Below are positions 19,393-29,008 of a stretch of 64,000 nt of DNA, piece by piece. Positions within the stretch are counted from its first letter, which is position 1; each line of letters begins with the position of its first letter. This DNA comes from an uncultured cyanobacterium. Its GTDB lineage: Bacteria > Cyanobacteriota > Cyanobacteriia > Cyanobacteriales > CAWCAG01. The notes under the pieces are model-generated. The model ran no database searches. It saw only the letters and a list, made by a program, of their open reading frames with translations, and had not been told where the DNA came from. The DNA is taken from NCBI GenBank assembly GCA_963803805.1, contig CAWDOD010000003.1, positions 64,001 through 128,000 of the forward strand, given 5' to 3'. The translations under genes and the position numbers were made by a program.

Positions 19393-20478
19393 TTACTTCC
19401 AACCCACCTTATCCATCAACTTAACCGCTTCAGGATTCTCTTTTCCATATGCTGCAACGTTTAACTCAGATTCTTTAAAATCACCAAAACCAGCAACCGT
19501 CGGGTTAGATTTCACAGTCTCAATCATCGGGATTTCATTATTACCATTAGCAAAAATTTCTTGGGCTTCTGGAGTCGTTAAAAATTCTATAAACTCAATA
19601 GCATTTTCTTTGTGGGGGGCATTCGCCACCACCCCCGCACCACTAATATTAACGTGAGTACCTCCCTGTTTTTGGTTAGGGAAAAACACACCAATATTAG
19701 CCACAACCTCTTGATCTTCGGATTTTTCCGACTGCATCATCCGGGCAACATAATAATGATTCACAATCGCCACATCGCATTCTCCCGCCGCGATCGCCTG
19801 TACCTGAGAAATGTCTCCCCCTTCTGGTTCACGGGCAAAATTACTAACCAAACCTTTAAGCCACTCTTCGGTTTCCTTTTCCCCTTTTTCAGCAATCTTA
19901 GCAGCAACAAGGGATTGATTATAAACATTACCAGAACTACGAACGCAAACACGCCCTTTCCATTCCGGTTTTGCTAAATCTTCATAACTAGAAAGTTCTT
20001 CTGGCTTAACTCTTTCTTTATCATAAGCAATAACCCTCGCCCGCTTAGATAAACCAAACCAATAACCCTCCGGATTACGCAGATTTTCTGGTATCGCCGT
20101 CTCCAAAACTTCTGAAGAAACTGGTTGGAAAATTCCCTCTTGTTCCGCTTGCCAAAGATTGCCCACATCCACAGTAATCAAAACATCGGCGGGGGTATTT
20201 TCACCTTCATTTTTGATTTTTTCAATCAATTCTGTAGCCTTACCCTCAATTAAATTAACCTCAATGCCTGTCTTGTCAGTAAAAGCTTCATACAAAGCCT
20301 CATCAGTGTCATAGTGACGAGAAGAATAAAGGTTTACTTCTCCTCCTTCCTGCAATTCTCCTGCTTCAGGGCTACTAGTTTCAGTTGTTTGTTCTGAGGT
20401 GGTTGGAGAACAACTAGTCGTTCCTAAAAGGGCTAACCCGGTTAAAATACTGATTAAACTACGTTGAGACGTTTTCAT
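19393..20478 (-). CDS. futA: Fe(III) ABC transporter substrate-binding lipoprotein (FutA/IdiA)
   Basis: lipobox-like LLGTTSC; VNLYSSRHY, ADVLITVD, YNQSL, AIVNHYY, HVNISGAGV. Confidence 0.9.
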   Translation of the reverse strand: MKTSQRSLISILTGLALLGTTSCSPTTSEQTTETSSPEAGELQEGGEVNLYSSRHYDTDEALYEAFTDKTGIEVNLIEGKATELIEKIKNEGENTPADVLITVDVGNLWQAEQEGIFQPVSSEVLETAIPENLRNPEGYWFGLSKRARVIAYDKERVKPEELSSYEDLAKPEWKGRVCVRSSGNVYNQSLVAAKIAEKGEKETEEWLKGLVSNFAREPEGGDISQVQAIAAGECDVAIVNHYYVARMMQSEKSEDQEVVANIGVFFPNQKQGGTHVNISGAGVVANAPHKENAIEFIEFLTTPEAQEIFANGNNEIPMIETVKSNPTVAGFGDFKESELNVAAYGKENPEAVKLMDKVGWK

Positions 20479-20527
20479 GGCTTAAAGTAATGTCTGAGTT
20501 TATGCTGCCGTCGTATTTTACACTTAA

Positions 20528-20542
20528 TGCTATTAATTCTCA
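20528..20542. promoter_or_regulatory. Fur-box-like 7-1-7 site between divergent futA and dprA
   Basis: TGCTATT-A-ATTCTCA matches TGATAAT-N-ATTATCA at 11 of 14 positions; 50 bp upstream of an iron-binding protein gene. Confidence 0.7.
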
Positions 20543-20593
20543 ATACTATCAAGAAAGTTATCATCGTAATTTATTAATTTAAGGAGAACTATT

Positions 20594-21703
20594 TTGACAG
20601 AAGAACGTGCCTATTGGCTGGCATGGTCTAAAATACAGAATGTAGGGCCAATCTTAGTTAATCGCTTGCAAGAACGCTTTGGAAGCCTTGCACAAGCTTG
20701 GCTTGCACCCCAAGAATATTTAAGACAAATTAATGGTATTGGCGACAAGTCAATAGAGGAGATTGAACAAAAGCGTTCTCAAATCAACCCCGAACAACTC
20801 TTAGAACAACATCAGCAACAGAACATCAATTTTTGGACACCGTTAGATGAAGATTATCCACGCTTATTAAAAGAAATTCCTAGCCCTCCCACGGTTTTAT
20901 ATTATCGTGGCAAAGTTAATTTACCAGAAAACCAAGGACTTACTCCCTTAATAGGCATTGTTGGTACTCGCAACTTAACAGAATATGGCCGTCGTTGGAC
21001 TCGTAAAATCGCTCAAACCCTTACTAAACATGGCTTTACCATTGTCTCTGGGATGGCAGCAGGCATTGATAAAGAAGCCCACAGTAGCTGTCTAGCCGCA
21101 GGAGGGCGTACCCTAGCGGTTTTAGGGACAGGAGTGGATATAATTTATCCTCAAAGCAATAGCCAACTCTATCAACGCATCCAAAAACAGGGTTTGGTTT
21201 TGAGTGAATACGACTTAGGTACTAAACCGAACAAACAAAACTTTCCCCCTCGCAACCGCATTATTGCAGGTTTATGTCGAGCGGTATTAGTCACAGAAGC
21301 CCCTAGCCGTTCAGGAGCATTGATTACAGCCCGTTATGGTAACGAATTTGGCAGAGATGTTTATGCTTTACCGGGTTCTTTAGATAATCCCCAATCTTTG
21401 GGTTGCTTAGAGTTAATCCATAAAGGGGGGCAAGTAATCTTAAGCGAAAGTCATTTATTAGAAATGTTGGGAACTATACCTCAGCTAGATCAAGTCCATA
21501 CTTCTACTGTGAAAATACCTGCTGATTTAGCTCCAGATTTAGCCCAAGTTTTAAGGGCAATTACTTCTGAATCCATGCCTTTTGATCTGATTGTAGAAAA
21601 GGCAAATTCAGCTTCTAGTGATGTTTCCAGTGCTTTACTGCAATTGGAATTATTAGGCTTAGTTACTCAACTGCCAGGGATGCGCTATCAGAAAATATCT
21701 TAA
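20594..21703 (+). CDS. dprA: DNA-processing protein DprA
   Basis: YP..L..I..PP..LY.RG, IVGTR, IVSGMAAGID, FPPRNRIIAGL, SGALITA. Confidence 0.95.
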   Translation: MTEERAYWLAWSKIQNVGPILVNRLQERFGSLAQAWLAPQEYLRQINGIGDKSIEEIEQKRSQINPEQLLEQHQQQNINFWTPLDEDYPRLLKEIPSPPTVLYYRGKVNLPENQGLTPLIGIVGTRNLTEYGRRWTRKIAQTLTKHGFTIVSGMAAGIDKEAHSSCLAAGGRTLAVLGTGVDIIYPQSNSQLYQRIQKQGLVLSEYDLGTKPNKQNFPPRNRIIAGLCRAVLVTEAPSRSGALITARYGNEFGRDVYALPGSLDNPQSLGCLELIHKGGQVILSESHLLEMLGTIPQLDQVHTSTVKIPADLAPDLAQVLRAITSESMPFDLIVEKANSASSDVSSALLQLELLGLVTQLPGMRYQKIS

Positions 21704-21802
21704 AGTTAGGGAACGACGGGGAACTAAATTACCGTCAAGTTTGTTACAAAGCCATTGGTCAAAATCACAAACTTTGTACCTCACAAATACAAGAAATACT
21801 AT

Positions 21803-22222
21803 ATGCGATTTAGAGAAGAAAGAGAACTAGGAAAAATCCCAGAAGTAGACTTAACTCCTTTGCTAGATGTGTTAATGTCGGTGCTAACTTTTTTCATCAT
21901 TAGTTCTATGACTCTTACGGGTACAAATGTCGCTAATATTGAATTACCTAGAATTAATAATAGTTCAGAAATTGGTAACACGAAAGAAAAGCTGGTAATT
22001 GGCTTAGATCAAGACGAGAAAATCACTGTTGATGGTAAAGAACTTAATCAAGCCCAATTAGCGACAAAGATTAAAACTTACCTTAAAGAAAAGCCAGAAA
22101 GTTCAATTCACATCGAAGCACATCGTTCCCTTCCCTATGTAAAAATAACCCGACTCGCAGAAGAAGTAATGAAAGCAGGAGGCAAAAAAGTAACTTTCAA
22201 GACTCAAAAAAATCAACCATAA
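21803..22222 (+). CDS. exbD: biopolymer transport protein ExbD/TolR (ATG at 21803 preferred over the upstream TTG)
   Basis: EVDLTPLLDVLMSVLTFFII TM motif; periplasmic domain. Confidence 0.85.
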   Translation: MRFREERELGKIPEVDLTPLLDVLMSVLTFFIISSMTLTGTNVANIELPRINNSSEIGNTKEKLVIGLDQDEKITVDGKELNQAQLATKIKTYLKEKPESSIHIEAHRSLPYVKITRLAEEVMKAGGKKVTFKTQKNQP

Positions 22223-22251
22223 AGATAACTCATTTTGATTAATCTATAGCT

Positions 22252-22740
22252 ATGGGCTTCAAAACTCGTCGGCGACGGCAACAATTTTCTCAGTTACCAG
22301 CAATTAATCTTATTCCTATGCTTAATGTGATGATTGCTGTACTCGGTTTTTTCGTGGTAGTTTCCACAAGCCTTTCTAATGAACAAGGAATTCAAACAGA
22401 TTTATCAGGTAGTGAAGAAGAGTCAGGGGGCAAAGATTCAACAGACATAGCCAATGATCTAATCATCAAACTTGATCAAGAGCAATTTTTAGTTGACAAC
22501 AAAGCAGTAACTGAACAACAAGTATTAGTAGAAGCGAAAGCTTATTTAGCCAAAAATCAAGAAGGTAAGGTTTTGCTTGGTGCTAGTAATCAAGTACCCT
22601 ATGAAAAAGTTATGCAGTTATTGGGAGAACTAAGGGCTTTAGACAAAACTAGAGTTGTCTTAAATATTGATTCAGATGGTGAACAAGCTACAACCCCAGA
22701 AACAGAAGGAAGTTTTGCAGAAGAAGACTTTGAAGATTGA
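22252..22740 (+). CDS. exbD: second ExbD/TolR-family protein
   Basis: INLIPMLNVMIAVLGFFVV (Asn where the TM Asp is usual); VPYEKVMQLL. Confidence 0.82.
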   Translation: MGFKTRRRRQQFSQLPAINLIPMLNVMIAVLGFFVVVSTSLSNEQGIQTDLSGSEEESGGKDSTDIANDLIIKLDQEQFLVDNKAVTEQQVLVEAKAYLAKNQEGKVLLGASNQVPYEKVMQLLGELRALDKTRVVLNIDSDGEQATTPETEGSFAEEDFED

Positions 22741-22770
22741 GCCGCTTTTAAGTATTTCTGCTCAAGCTAT

Positions 22771-22805
22771 GTAACTAGGAAATCATATCCTAGTGACTTT
22801 TTTTT
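22771..22805 (+). terminator. intrinsic terminator after the exbD pair
   Basis: GTAACTAGGA-AATCATA-TCCTAGTGAC-TTTTTTTT. Confidence 0.7.
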
Positions 22806-22965
22806 GGCTATTAGTACGGAGGTCAAATTAGTGGTCGCGCCCTTAAAATTTTGGTAGTAGAAAAATTAATTTTTCTACCAATTTTGTGGGTGAGTGAAAG
22901 CTTAACCTTAAAATTAAAAGAAATTATTAAGATTTACTCCAGTAAAAGGACTAAAATAGGGCATT

Positions 22966-23208
22966 ATGAATTTATACCAGGGTGAATTTGATTGGTTATA
23001 TACATGGTTCAATCGAGCTTTAGTCGAAGAAGCTTATGCAGAAAAAGCTAAATTGTGCCAATGGATGTGGAAACATCCCAAAGAGCTGGCGATCGCCTTT
23101 CAAGGGCTTAAAGAAATAAGAACAGAACCAGAAAAAGCGACAGCATATGTTAATAACTTAGAGCCACAGTTACAAAAATCTTTGGTATTAGCAATTATTG
23201 CTAGTTAG
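22966..23208 (+). CDS. hypothetical protein, 80 aa
   Basis: ATG start; contains HIP1; protein-like composition; family not recognised. Confidence 0.65.
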   Translation: MNLYQGEFDWLYTWFNRALVEEAYAEKAKLCQWMWKHPKELAIAFQGLKEIRTEPEKATAYVNNLEPQLQKSLVLAIIAS

Positions 23209-23267
23209 CGAAGGATAAATACTGAAGCACAATAGGTAGGGCTGATTTGCTTACCTTATTACCAAGA

Positions 23268-24434
23268 CTATTCTTTGTTTATTCTTGGTAATCGATGCTT
23301 GAAACCACAAAGAATTTCCCAAGAAATAGTTCCTAAACTTGTTGCCCAATCATCAGCAGAAATTTCTTCTTCACCATCTTTCCCTAAGAGAGTAACAACT
23401 TCTCCTACTTGCAAATTCTCAATTTTACTAACATCAAGCATAATTTGATCCATAGTAATTGCCCCAATTTGAGGTACTCGTTGCCCACGAATTAATACTT
23501 GCAAACGATTAGATAAATTGCGCGGTACACCATCAGCATAACCAATACCAATTACCCCAAGGCGTAACTCTTTTTCGCTCACAAATTTATGCCCGTAACT
23601 AACTCCTGTACCAGGAGGGATGGTTTTGATTTGGGTAATTCTCGCTTTAACTTGCAAAGCTGGTTGTAATTCGAGGCGAGAAGTTAAATGGGGGGCAGGA
23701 TACAAACCATAAAGTGCTAAACCCACCCGCACTAAATCGTAATGTAAGTCTGCATCAATGAGGGTAGCAGCAGAATTTGCTAAATGTAAACAGGGGGAAA
23801 CTATGCCATTAGTCTTGAGTTGAGCGATCGCACTGTTAAATCTTTGTTGTTGCAATTTCATAAAAGTTGGATCAAGATCATCAGCAGTAGCCAAGTGAGA
23901 ATAAATACTCTCTATTTGCAAGTGAGGCAATTGTTGCACTAACTGGGCAAACTCTATTGCCGATTCCCATCTTGTTCCTAAGCGAGACATTCCTGTATCT
24001 AGCTTAAGATGCACTGGTAAATTATCTTCCAAGCTAGATAAGGTTTCGCTAAAAATTAATGCCTGTTGAGGAGTACCAATAGTAGGTTGCAAATTCCACT
24101 TTGCGATCGCCTTTATTTCTTGGGGAGTATTAATTGCTCCTAAGATCAAGATTGGCGCTGTAATTTCTGCCTGTCGCAATTCCACCCCTTCTGTTAGGGT
24201 AGCAACCGCTAACCAACTAGCCCCAGCCTTTAAAACCGTTTTAGCTACCTCTACCGCCCCATGTCCATAGGCATCTGCTTTTACCACAGCCATCAATGCG
24301 GTTTGAGACTTTAATATACCTTTAATTTGCCCCACATTAAAAGCCAAAGCTGCTTGATCAACTTCTACCCAAGCCCTTTGCAGCTTATTGACTGTCCTAA
24401 AATTCATGGTTGCATTGTTTTCTTGACTAAGCAA
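23268..24434 (-). CDS. alr: alanine racemase
   Basis: MAVVKADAYGHG, HLKLDTGMSRLG, SHLATAD, IGYADG, ITMDQ. Confidence 0.97.
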   Translation of the reverse strand: MLSQENNATMNFRTVNKLQRAWVEVDQAALAFNVGQIKGILKSQTALMAVVKADAYGHGAVEVAKTVLKAGASWLAVATLTEGVELRQAEITAPILILGAINTPQEIKAIAKWNLQPTIGTPQQALIFSETLSSLEDNLPVHLKLDTGMSRLGTRWESAIEFAQLVQQLPHLQIESIYSHLATADDLDPTFMKLQQQRFNSAIAQLKTNGIVSPCLHLANSAATLIDADLHYDLVRVGLALYGLYPAPHLTSRLELQPALQVKARITQIKTIPPGTGVSYGHKFVSEKELRLGVIGIGYADGVPRNLSNRLQVLIRGQRVPQIGAITMDQIMLDVSKIENLQVGEVVTLLGKDGEEEISADDWATSLGTISWEILCGFKHRLPRINKE

Positions 24435-24522
24435 AATAAACCTCTCCTCAGATCATTTATCACTTGTTGTTGCCTGCACCCTACTCCCTTACTCCAGCAA
24501 GAAATTCTTTATACCTAAAGGC

Positions 24523-25155
24523 TTAATTCACAATAACCAAAGCCTTACTCAGATATTTAAGAAAGCTGAATACCTAGTATAATTCCTCATTTCTTTCAAT
24601 AGAAAGGGCATAGGAACGACTGTAAACAGGACTTTTTCCTTGCTTAAGTTTGACAAACATAAACTCCCTGCCATTAACTAAAAAGCCATAGCTAATTTCT
24701 TGATGATTGGGGCTAGCTAACATATAAGTTAAAGCTTGAGGTAAAGCTACCGTGACATCAAACTGACTTTGCTTCGTTTCAACAACTAAAACCCACAACT
24801 GTTGATTAATTACCAAAATATCAATCTTTCCCCTCACTAAAATCCCTTCGTTTTCGGCAACTATTTCTACAGAAGTTTCTGATTTAGTTTGAAAAGGTAG
24901 TTGATAGAAATCAGCCAAATCTAACAGAGGAGAAAGGACAACCATTTTCACCATCTCTTCTGAGAAAAAGTTGGTTTCACTAAGACTTAAATAGTTACTT
25001 TTAACCCAATCTAAAGATTGTTTTTCCCTCTCGGTTAAATCAGGTAAATTAGCTTGCCATTCCGGGAAAAAATCAGGGGCTTTAGTTTTGTAAAGATGGA
25101 ATTGTTTTTGGAGTTGTTCAAGACTTATTTGCTTGGCTGCTAAAGTTTCTGCCAT
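24523..25155 (-). pseudogene. type I restriction enzyme HsdR N-terminal-like nuclease; premature TAG at 24574-24576 removes the last 17 codons
   Basis: FFPEWQ..LP.L, EEMVKMVVLSPLL, RGKIDILV, VETK, PQAL.YM, NGREF.F; frame continues NEELY*VFSFLKYLSKALVIVN*; start at 25155 has an AAGGAAGGGG RBS. Confidence 0.65.
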
Positions 25156-25226
25156 TGTCTTCAATTCCCCTTCCTTACTTAATTGTGCTACTATCTTTGA
25201 TAACAATCTTTAAATTTCTTACCTAA

Positions 25227-25724
25227 ATGAGTAAGGTTCTAGTACTCAACGCTTCCTACGAACCGCTCAATATTACTAGTTGGCGGCGGGCGATTGTTTT
25301 ATTGCTTAAAGGGAAAGCAGAACAGGTTGAACATAATGGGCTGTATATCTATGCCCATTTCCCTCTACCTACGGTAATTAGACTGCGTTACTATGTTCGA
25401 GTCCCCTATAAAGAAATTCCCTTAACCCGTCGTAATATTTTGGAACGAGACAGACAAACCTGTCAATACTGTAATTACAAAGGTGACACTTTAACCATAG
25501 ATCACATTATTCCCCGTTCTCGTGGTGGGGGAGATACCTGGGAAAATCTTGTTGCTGCTTGTGTGCGCTGTAATGTCAAAAAAGGTAGCCGCACTCCTAA
25601 AGAGGCAGAAATGCCTTTATTAACTAAACCTCGTCGTCCTTACAGTAGCCTCCATTTTGAAATAATCAAACATACCAAAGGAGGACGCAATCAGGAGTGG
25701 AAAAAATACGTCATCGGCATTTAA
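25227..25724 (+). CDS. HNH endonuclease (McrA-like, conserved in cyanobacteria)
   Basis: VLVLNASYEPL, RD..TCQYC, TIDHIIPRSRGG..TWENLVAAC..CN. Confidence 0.95.
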   Translation: MSKVLVLNASYEPLNITSWRRAIVLLLKGKAEQVEHNGLYIYAHFPLPTVIRLRYYVRVPYKEIPLTRRNILERDRQTCQYCNYKGDTLTIDHIIPRSRGGGDTWENLVAACVRCNVKKGSRTPKEAEMPLLTKPRRPYSSLHFEIIKHTKGGRNQEWKKYVIGI

Positions 25725-25728
25725 CTTT

Positions 25729-25759
25729 ACCTGCTACTTAATTAATAGAGCAGGTTTTT
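25729..25759 (+). terminator. hairpin plus U-tract after the HNH gene
   Basis: ACCTGCT..AGCAGGT-TTTT. Confidence 0.5.
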
Positions 25760-25778
25760 ATTTAAGTATTAATAAACT

Positions 25779-27032
25779 ATGGATAAATCTCTCGATTCTC
25801 ACGATAAAGAGTTGCCAGTTAAATCTTCCTTAAATTCAGCAGCAACCAAAAGACAAAATGGTAAAGGCAAAAAAGAGAAAAGTCAATCCAATTCCCAGAA
25901 TCAACAAGATACAGATTTATCTCCCGAAGAAAGATTAAATAAACTGCGACAAGTTTTGGAAAGACATCGTGGCGAAAGACAAATTTTGGTTATTCAAGAT
26001 TTCCCTGATCCTGATGCCCTTTCTAGTGCCTGGGCATATCAACTAATTGCTCAAAAATATGAAATTGATTGCGATATTGTCTATGCCGGTACTCTTTCTC
26101 ATCAAGAAAATATTGCTTTAGTGAAACTTACTGGCTTGCCAGCTAAACGCTTAAGTATCCAAGATGTTAATCAGCAATATTTGTCGGTTTATCAAGGCTG
26201 TGTTTTAGTGGACAATCAAGGTACAACTAGTCAGCTTATGCCCTTTGTTAAACAAGCTGAAATTCCCCTGATTGTAGTTATTGATCACCATAGTAGTCAG
26301 GGGGAAATTGAAGCAGAATTTGTTGATTTACGTCCCCATGTAGGAGCCACAGCAACAATTTTATGCGAATATCTTCAAGGGAATATACTCAAATTAGATA
26401 GAAATGTTAAAAAACACGTTAGATGTGCCACAGCTTTGATGCACGGTTTACGTTCCGATACTAACCACCTCCTTCAAGCCCAGGAAGAGGATTTTTTGGC
26501 TGCTGGCTATTTGAGCCGTTTTTATGATAATCAAATCTTGAGCGCTGTGCTACATACCTCTCGCTCAAAAAGAGTGATGGATGTGATTGAACAATCATTA
26601 AGAAATCGCTTGGTACAAAATAACTTTTCTTTAGCTGGGGTGAGTTATTTACGTTATGAAGATAGAGATGCTATACCTCAAGCGGCTGACTTTTTAGTCA
26701 CAGAAGAAAATGTTCATACAGCTATGGTTTATGGTATTGTTCATGATGAAGATGAGGAAATAGAGTTATTAATTGGCTCTTTAAGAACTAACAAAATCAC
26801 TTTAGATCCTGATGAATTTATTAAAGCAGCTTTAGGAAAAGACCCCCAGGGACGCTATTTTGGTGGGGGTAGAAATCGAGCCGGAGGATTTGAAATTCCC
26901 ATCGGCTTTTTGTCAGGGTATAATGATGATTCTCATTTTGCTAAAATGAAATGGGAAACTTTTGATACGCAAATTAAGCAAAAGTTTCTGCGTTTAGTTA
27001 ATCCGAAGAACAATTTGTTGAGTATTGATTGA
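25779..27032 (+). CDS. DHH-family phosphoesterase (NrnA-like)
   Basis: QDFPDPDA, VLVDN, IDHH, GLRSDT, GGG...AGG. Confidence 0.92.
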   Translation: MDKSLDSHDKELPVKSSLNSAATKRQNGKGKKEKSQSNSQNQQDTDLSPEERLNKLRQVLERHRGERQILVIQDFPDPDALSSAWAYQLIAQKYEIDCDIVYAGTLSHQENIALVKLTGLPAKRLSIQDVNQQYLSVYQGCVLVDNQGTTSQLMPFVKQAEIPLIVVIDHHSSQGEIEAEFVDLRPHVGATATILCEYLQGNILKLDRNVKKHVRCATALMHGLRSDTNHLLQAQEEDFLAAGYLSRFYDNQILSAVLHTSRSKRVMDVIEQSLRNRLVQNNFSLAGVSYLRYEDRDAIPQAADFLVTEENVHTAMVYGIVHDEDEEIELLIGSLRTNKITLDPDEFIKAALGKDPQGRYFGGGRNRAGGFEIPIGFLSGYNDDSHFAKMKWETFDTQIKQKFLRLVNPKNNLLSID

Positions 27033-27065
27033 TCTCCTTTATTAGTATTTCCCATAGGGCAGCTA

Positions 27066-28550
27066 ATGGCCAAAAACGAACCTAAAGCAGATATTCTGGT
27101 AATTGATGATACACCAGAAAACCTTGCTCTCCTTTCTAATATGCTAACAGAGAGGGGTTATAAGGTTCGTAGCGTTACTAAAGGTTCGACGGGGTTGCGG
27201 GGGGCGACAGCAGCACCTCCGGACTTGATTTTGCTTGATGTGAATATGCCTCAAATGAATGGTTATGAGGTTTGTGAAAAACTGAAAGCTCAAGAAATAA
27301 CTAAAAATATTCCTGTCATCTTTATTAGTGCTTTAGGAGATACCATTGATAAAGTTAAAGCCTTTCAGGTTGGTGGTGTAGACTATATTACTAAACCTTT
27401 TCAAGTCGAAGAAGTCTTAGCCCGCATCGATACTCACCTGACTATTTGTCGTTTGCAACAACAACTACAACAACAAAATACACAACTGCAACAGGAAATA
27501 AGCGATCGCACCGCAGCAGAGGAAAAATTTACCAAAGCCTTTCGTTCCAGCCCTCATCCTATCGCCATTGCTACCCTTTCCGGAGGGCGTTTTTTAGAAG
27601 TTAATCATAGTTTTTTGAGTATTACTGGTTATCAACCAGAGGAAATTATTGCACGTACGGCTACTGAGTTGAACTTGTGGTTGCCTTCAGAAACTTACCT
27701 CAAGGCAATACGCCAACTCCTACAACATGGTTCTCTTTATAACCAAGAAGTACAAATTCGTAGTAGAACTGGGGAAACTAGAGTTGTGCTACTATCGGTT
27801 GAATTAATTGAACTAGATGGGGTTCAATGCACCCTGAATATTATTAACGATATTACCGAACGTAAGCGCCTGGAAAACGAATTTATTTCCCTAGTTAGCC
27901 ATGAATTGCGTACACCAATGTCTTCAATTATTGGCGCTTTGGATTTACTTGGTACGGGGCAATTAGGTAACTTAAATGCTAAGGGAGAACAAGTTCTTGA
28001 TATTGCTATAACTAATACCGAACGTTTGATGCGTTTGGTTAACGATATCCTTGACTTAGAACGCATCAAAGCAGGAAAAATTCAGATGCAAAAGGTAAGA
28101 TGCAATGGGGCGAATCTCCTTAGCCAAGCTTTAGAAACCATGCAACCCTTAGCTAATAATTCTCAGCTAAGGCTAGAGTTAGAAACTACTTCTGTAATTC
28201 TCTGGGCAGATCCTGACCGGATTTTGCAAACCCTGACTAACCTATTGAGTAATGCTATCAAATTCTCAGAACCAGGACAAACAATTTGGCTGCGATCGCG
28301 CCTTTATGGAGATTATCTACAAGTAGAAGTAGAAGACGAAGGTAGAGGTATTCCGGCTGATAAATTACAATTAATTTTTGAGCGTTTCCAACAAGTAGAT
28401 GCTTCTGACTCTCGTAGGAAGGGGGGAACAGGTTTAGGACTTTCTATTTGTCGTAATATTGTTGAACAACATAACGGTAAGATTTGGACAGAAAGTATTT
28501 TAGATCAAGGTAGTACTTTCTATTTTACTTTGCCTTTAACACCTAGCTAA
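27066..28550 (+). CDS. hybrid histidine kinase: receiver-PAS-HisKA-HATPase
   Basis: ILVIDD..PDLILLDVNMP; PAS EVN.SFL.ITGY..EE..; SHELRTP, NLLSNAIKF, GTGLGL. Confidence 0.95.
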   Translation: MAKNEPKADILVIDDTPENLALLSNMLTERGYKVRSVTKGSTGLRGATAAPPDLILLDVNMPQMNGYEVCEKLKAQEITKNIPVIFISALGDTIDKVKAFQVGGVDYITKPFQVEEVLARIDTHLTICRLQQQLQQQNTQLQQEISDRTAAEEKFTKAFRSSPHPIAIATLSGGRFLEVNHSFLSITGYQPEEIIARTATELNLWLPSETYLKAIRQLLQHGSLYNQEVQIRSRTGETRVVLLSVELIELDGVQCTLNIINDITERKRLENEFISLVSHELRTPMSSIIGALDLLGTGQLGNLNAKGEQVLDIAITNTERLMRLVNDILDLERIKAGKIQMQKVRCNGANLLSQALETMQPLANNSQLRLELETTSVILWADPDRILQTLTNLLSNAIKFSEPGQTIWLRSRLYGDYLQVEVEDEGRGIPADKLQLIFERFQQVDASDSRRKGGTGLGLSICRNIVEQHNGKIWTESILDQGSTFYFTLPLTPS

Positions 28551-28596
28551 CAGGTAAAATAATCAAAGTAATCTACCAAAAGGATATTGTTTAACT

Positions 28597-28965
28597 TTGC
28601 ATAAAACTATCTTAGTAGTTGATGACGAAGAAGACGTGCGATCGCTCATTAAGTTAGGGCTAGAAATGGCTGCTGGTTGGCAGGTGCTAACCGCTAATTC
28701 TGGTCAAGAAGCCATTAATGTGGCTACAATTAAACAACCGGATATCATTTTACTAGATATGATGATGCCGGATCTTGATGGCAAGGAAACTATTGGCCAG
28801 TTAAAAGCAAATTCTGCAACGAAGCAGATTCCGGTTATTCTCATGACAGCGAAAATTGCTTCTTCCCTAGAAGAAACTTTAGCCGGGTTAGATATTGCTG
28901 CTGTTTTTACCAAGCCTTTGCGCCCTCTACAATTACCGAAACAAATTCTTGATGCCTTGAAATGA
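28597..28965 (+). CDS. single-domain response regulator (CheY-like)
   Basis: ILVVDD, PDIILLDMMMPDLDG, MTAK, KP. Confidence 0.92.
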   Translation: MHKTILVVDDEEDVRSLIKLGLEMAAGWQVLTANSGQEAINVATIKQPDIILLDMMMPDLDGKETIGQLKANSATKQIPVILMTAKIASSLEETLAGLDIAAVFTKPLRPLQLPKQILDALK

Positions 28966-29008
28966 GATAAATACTTGGCAATTACAACTTCTTTAGTACC
29001 TGTAATTT

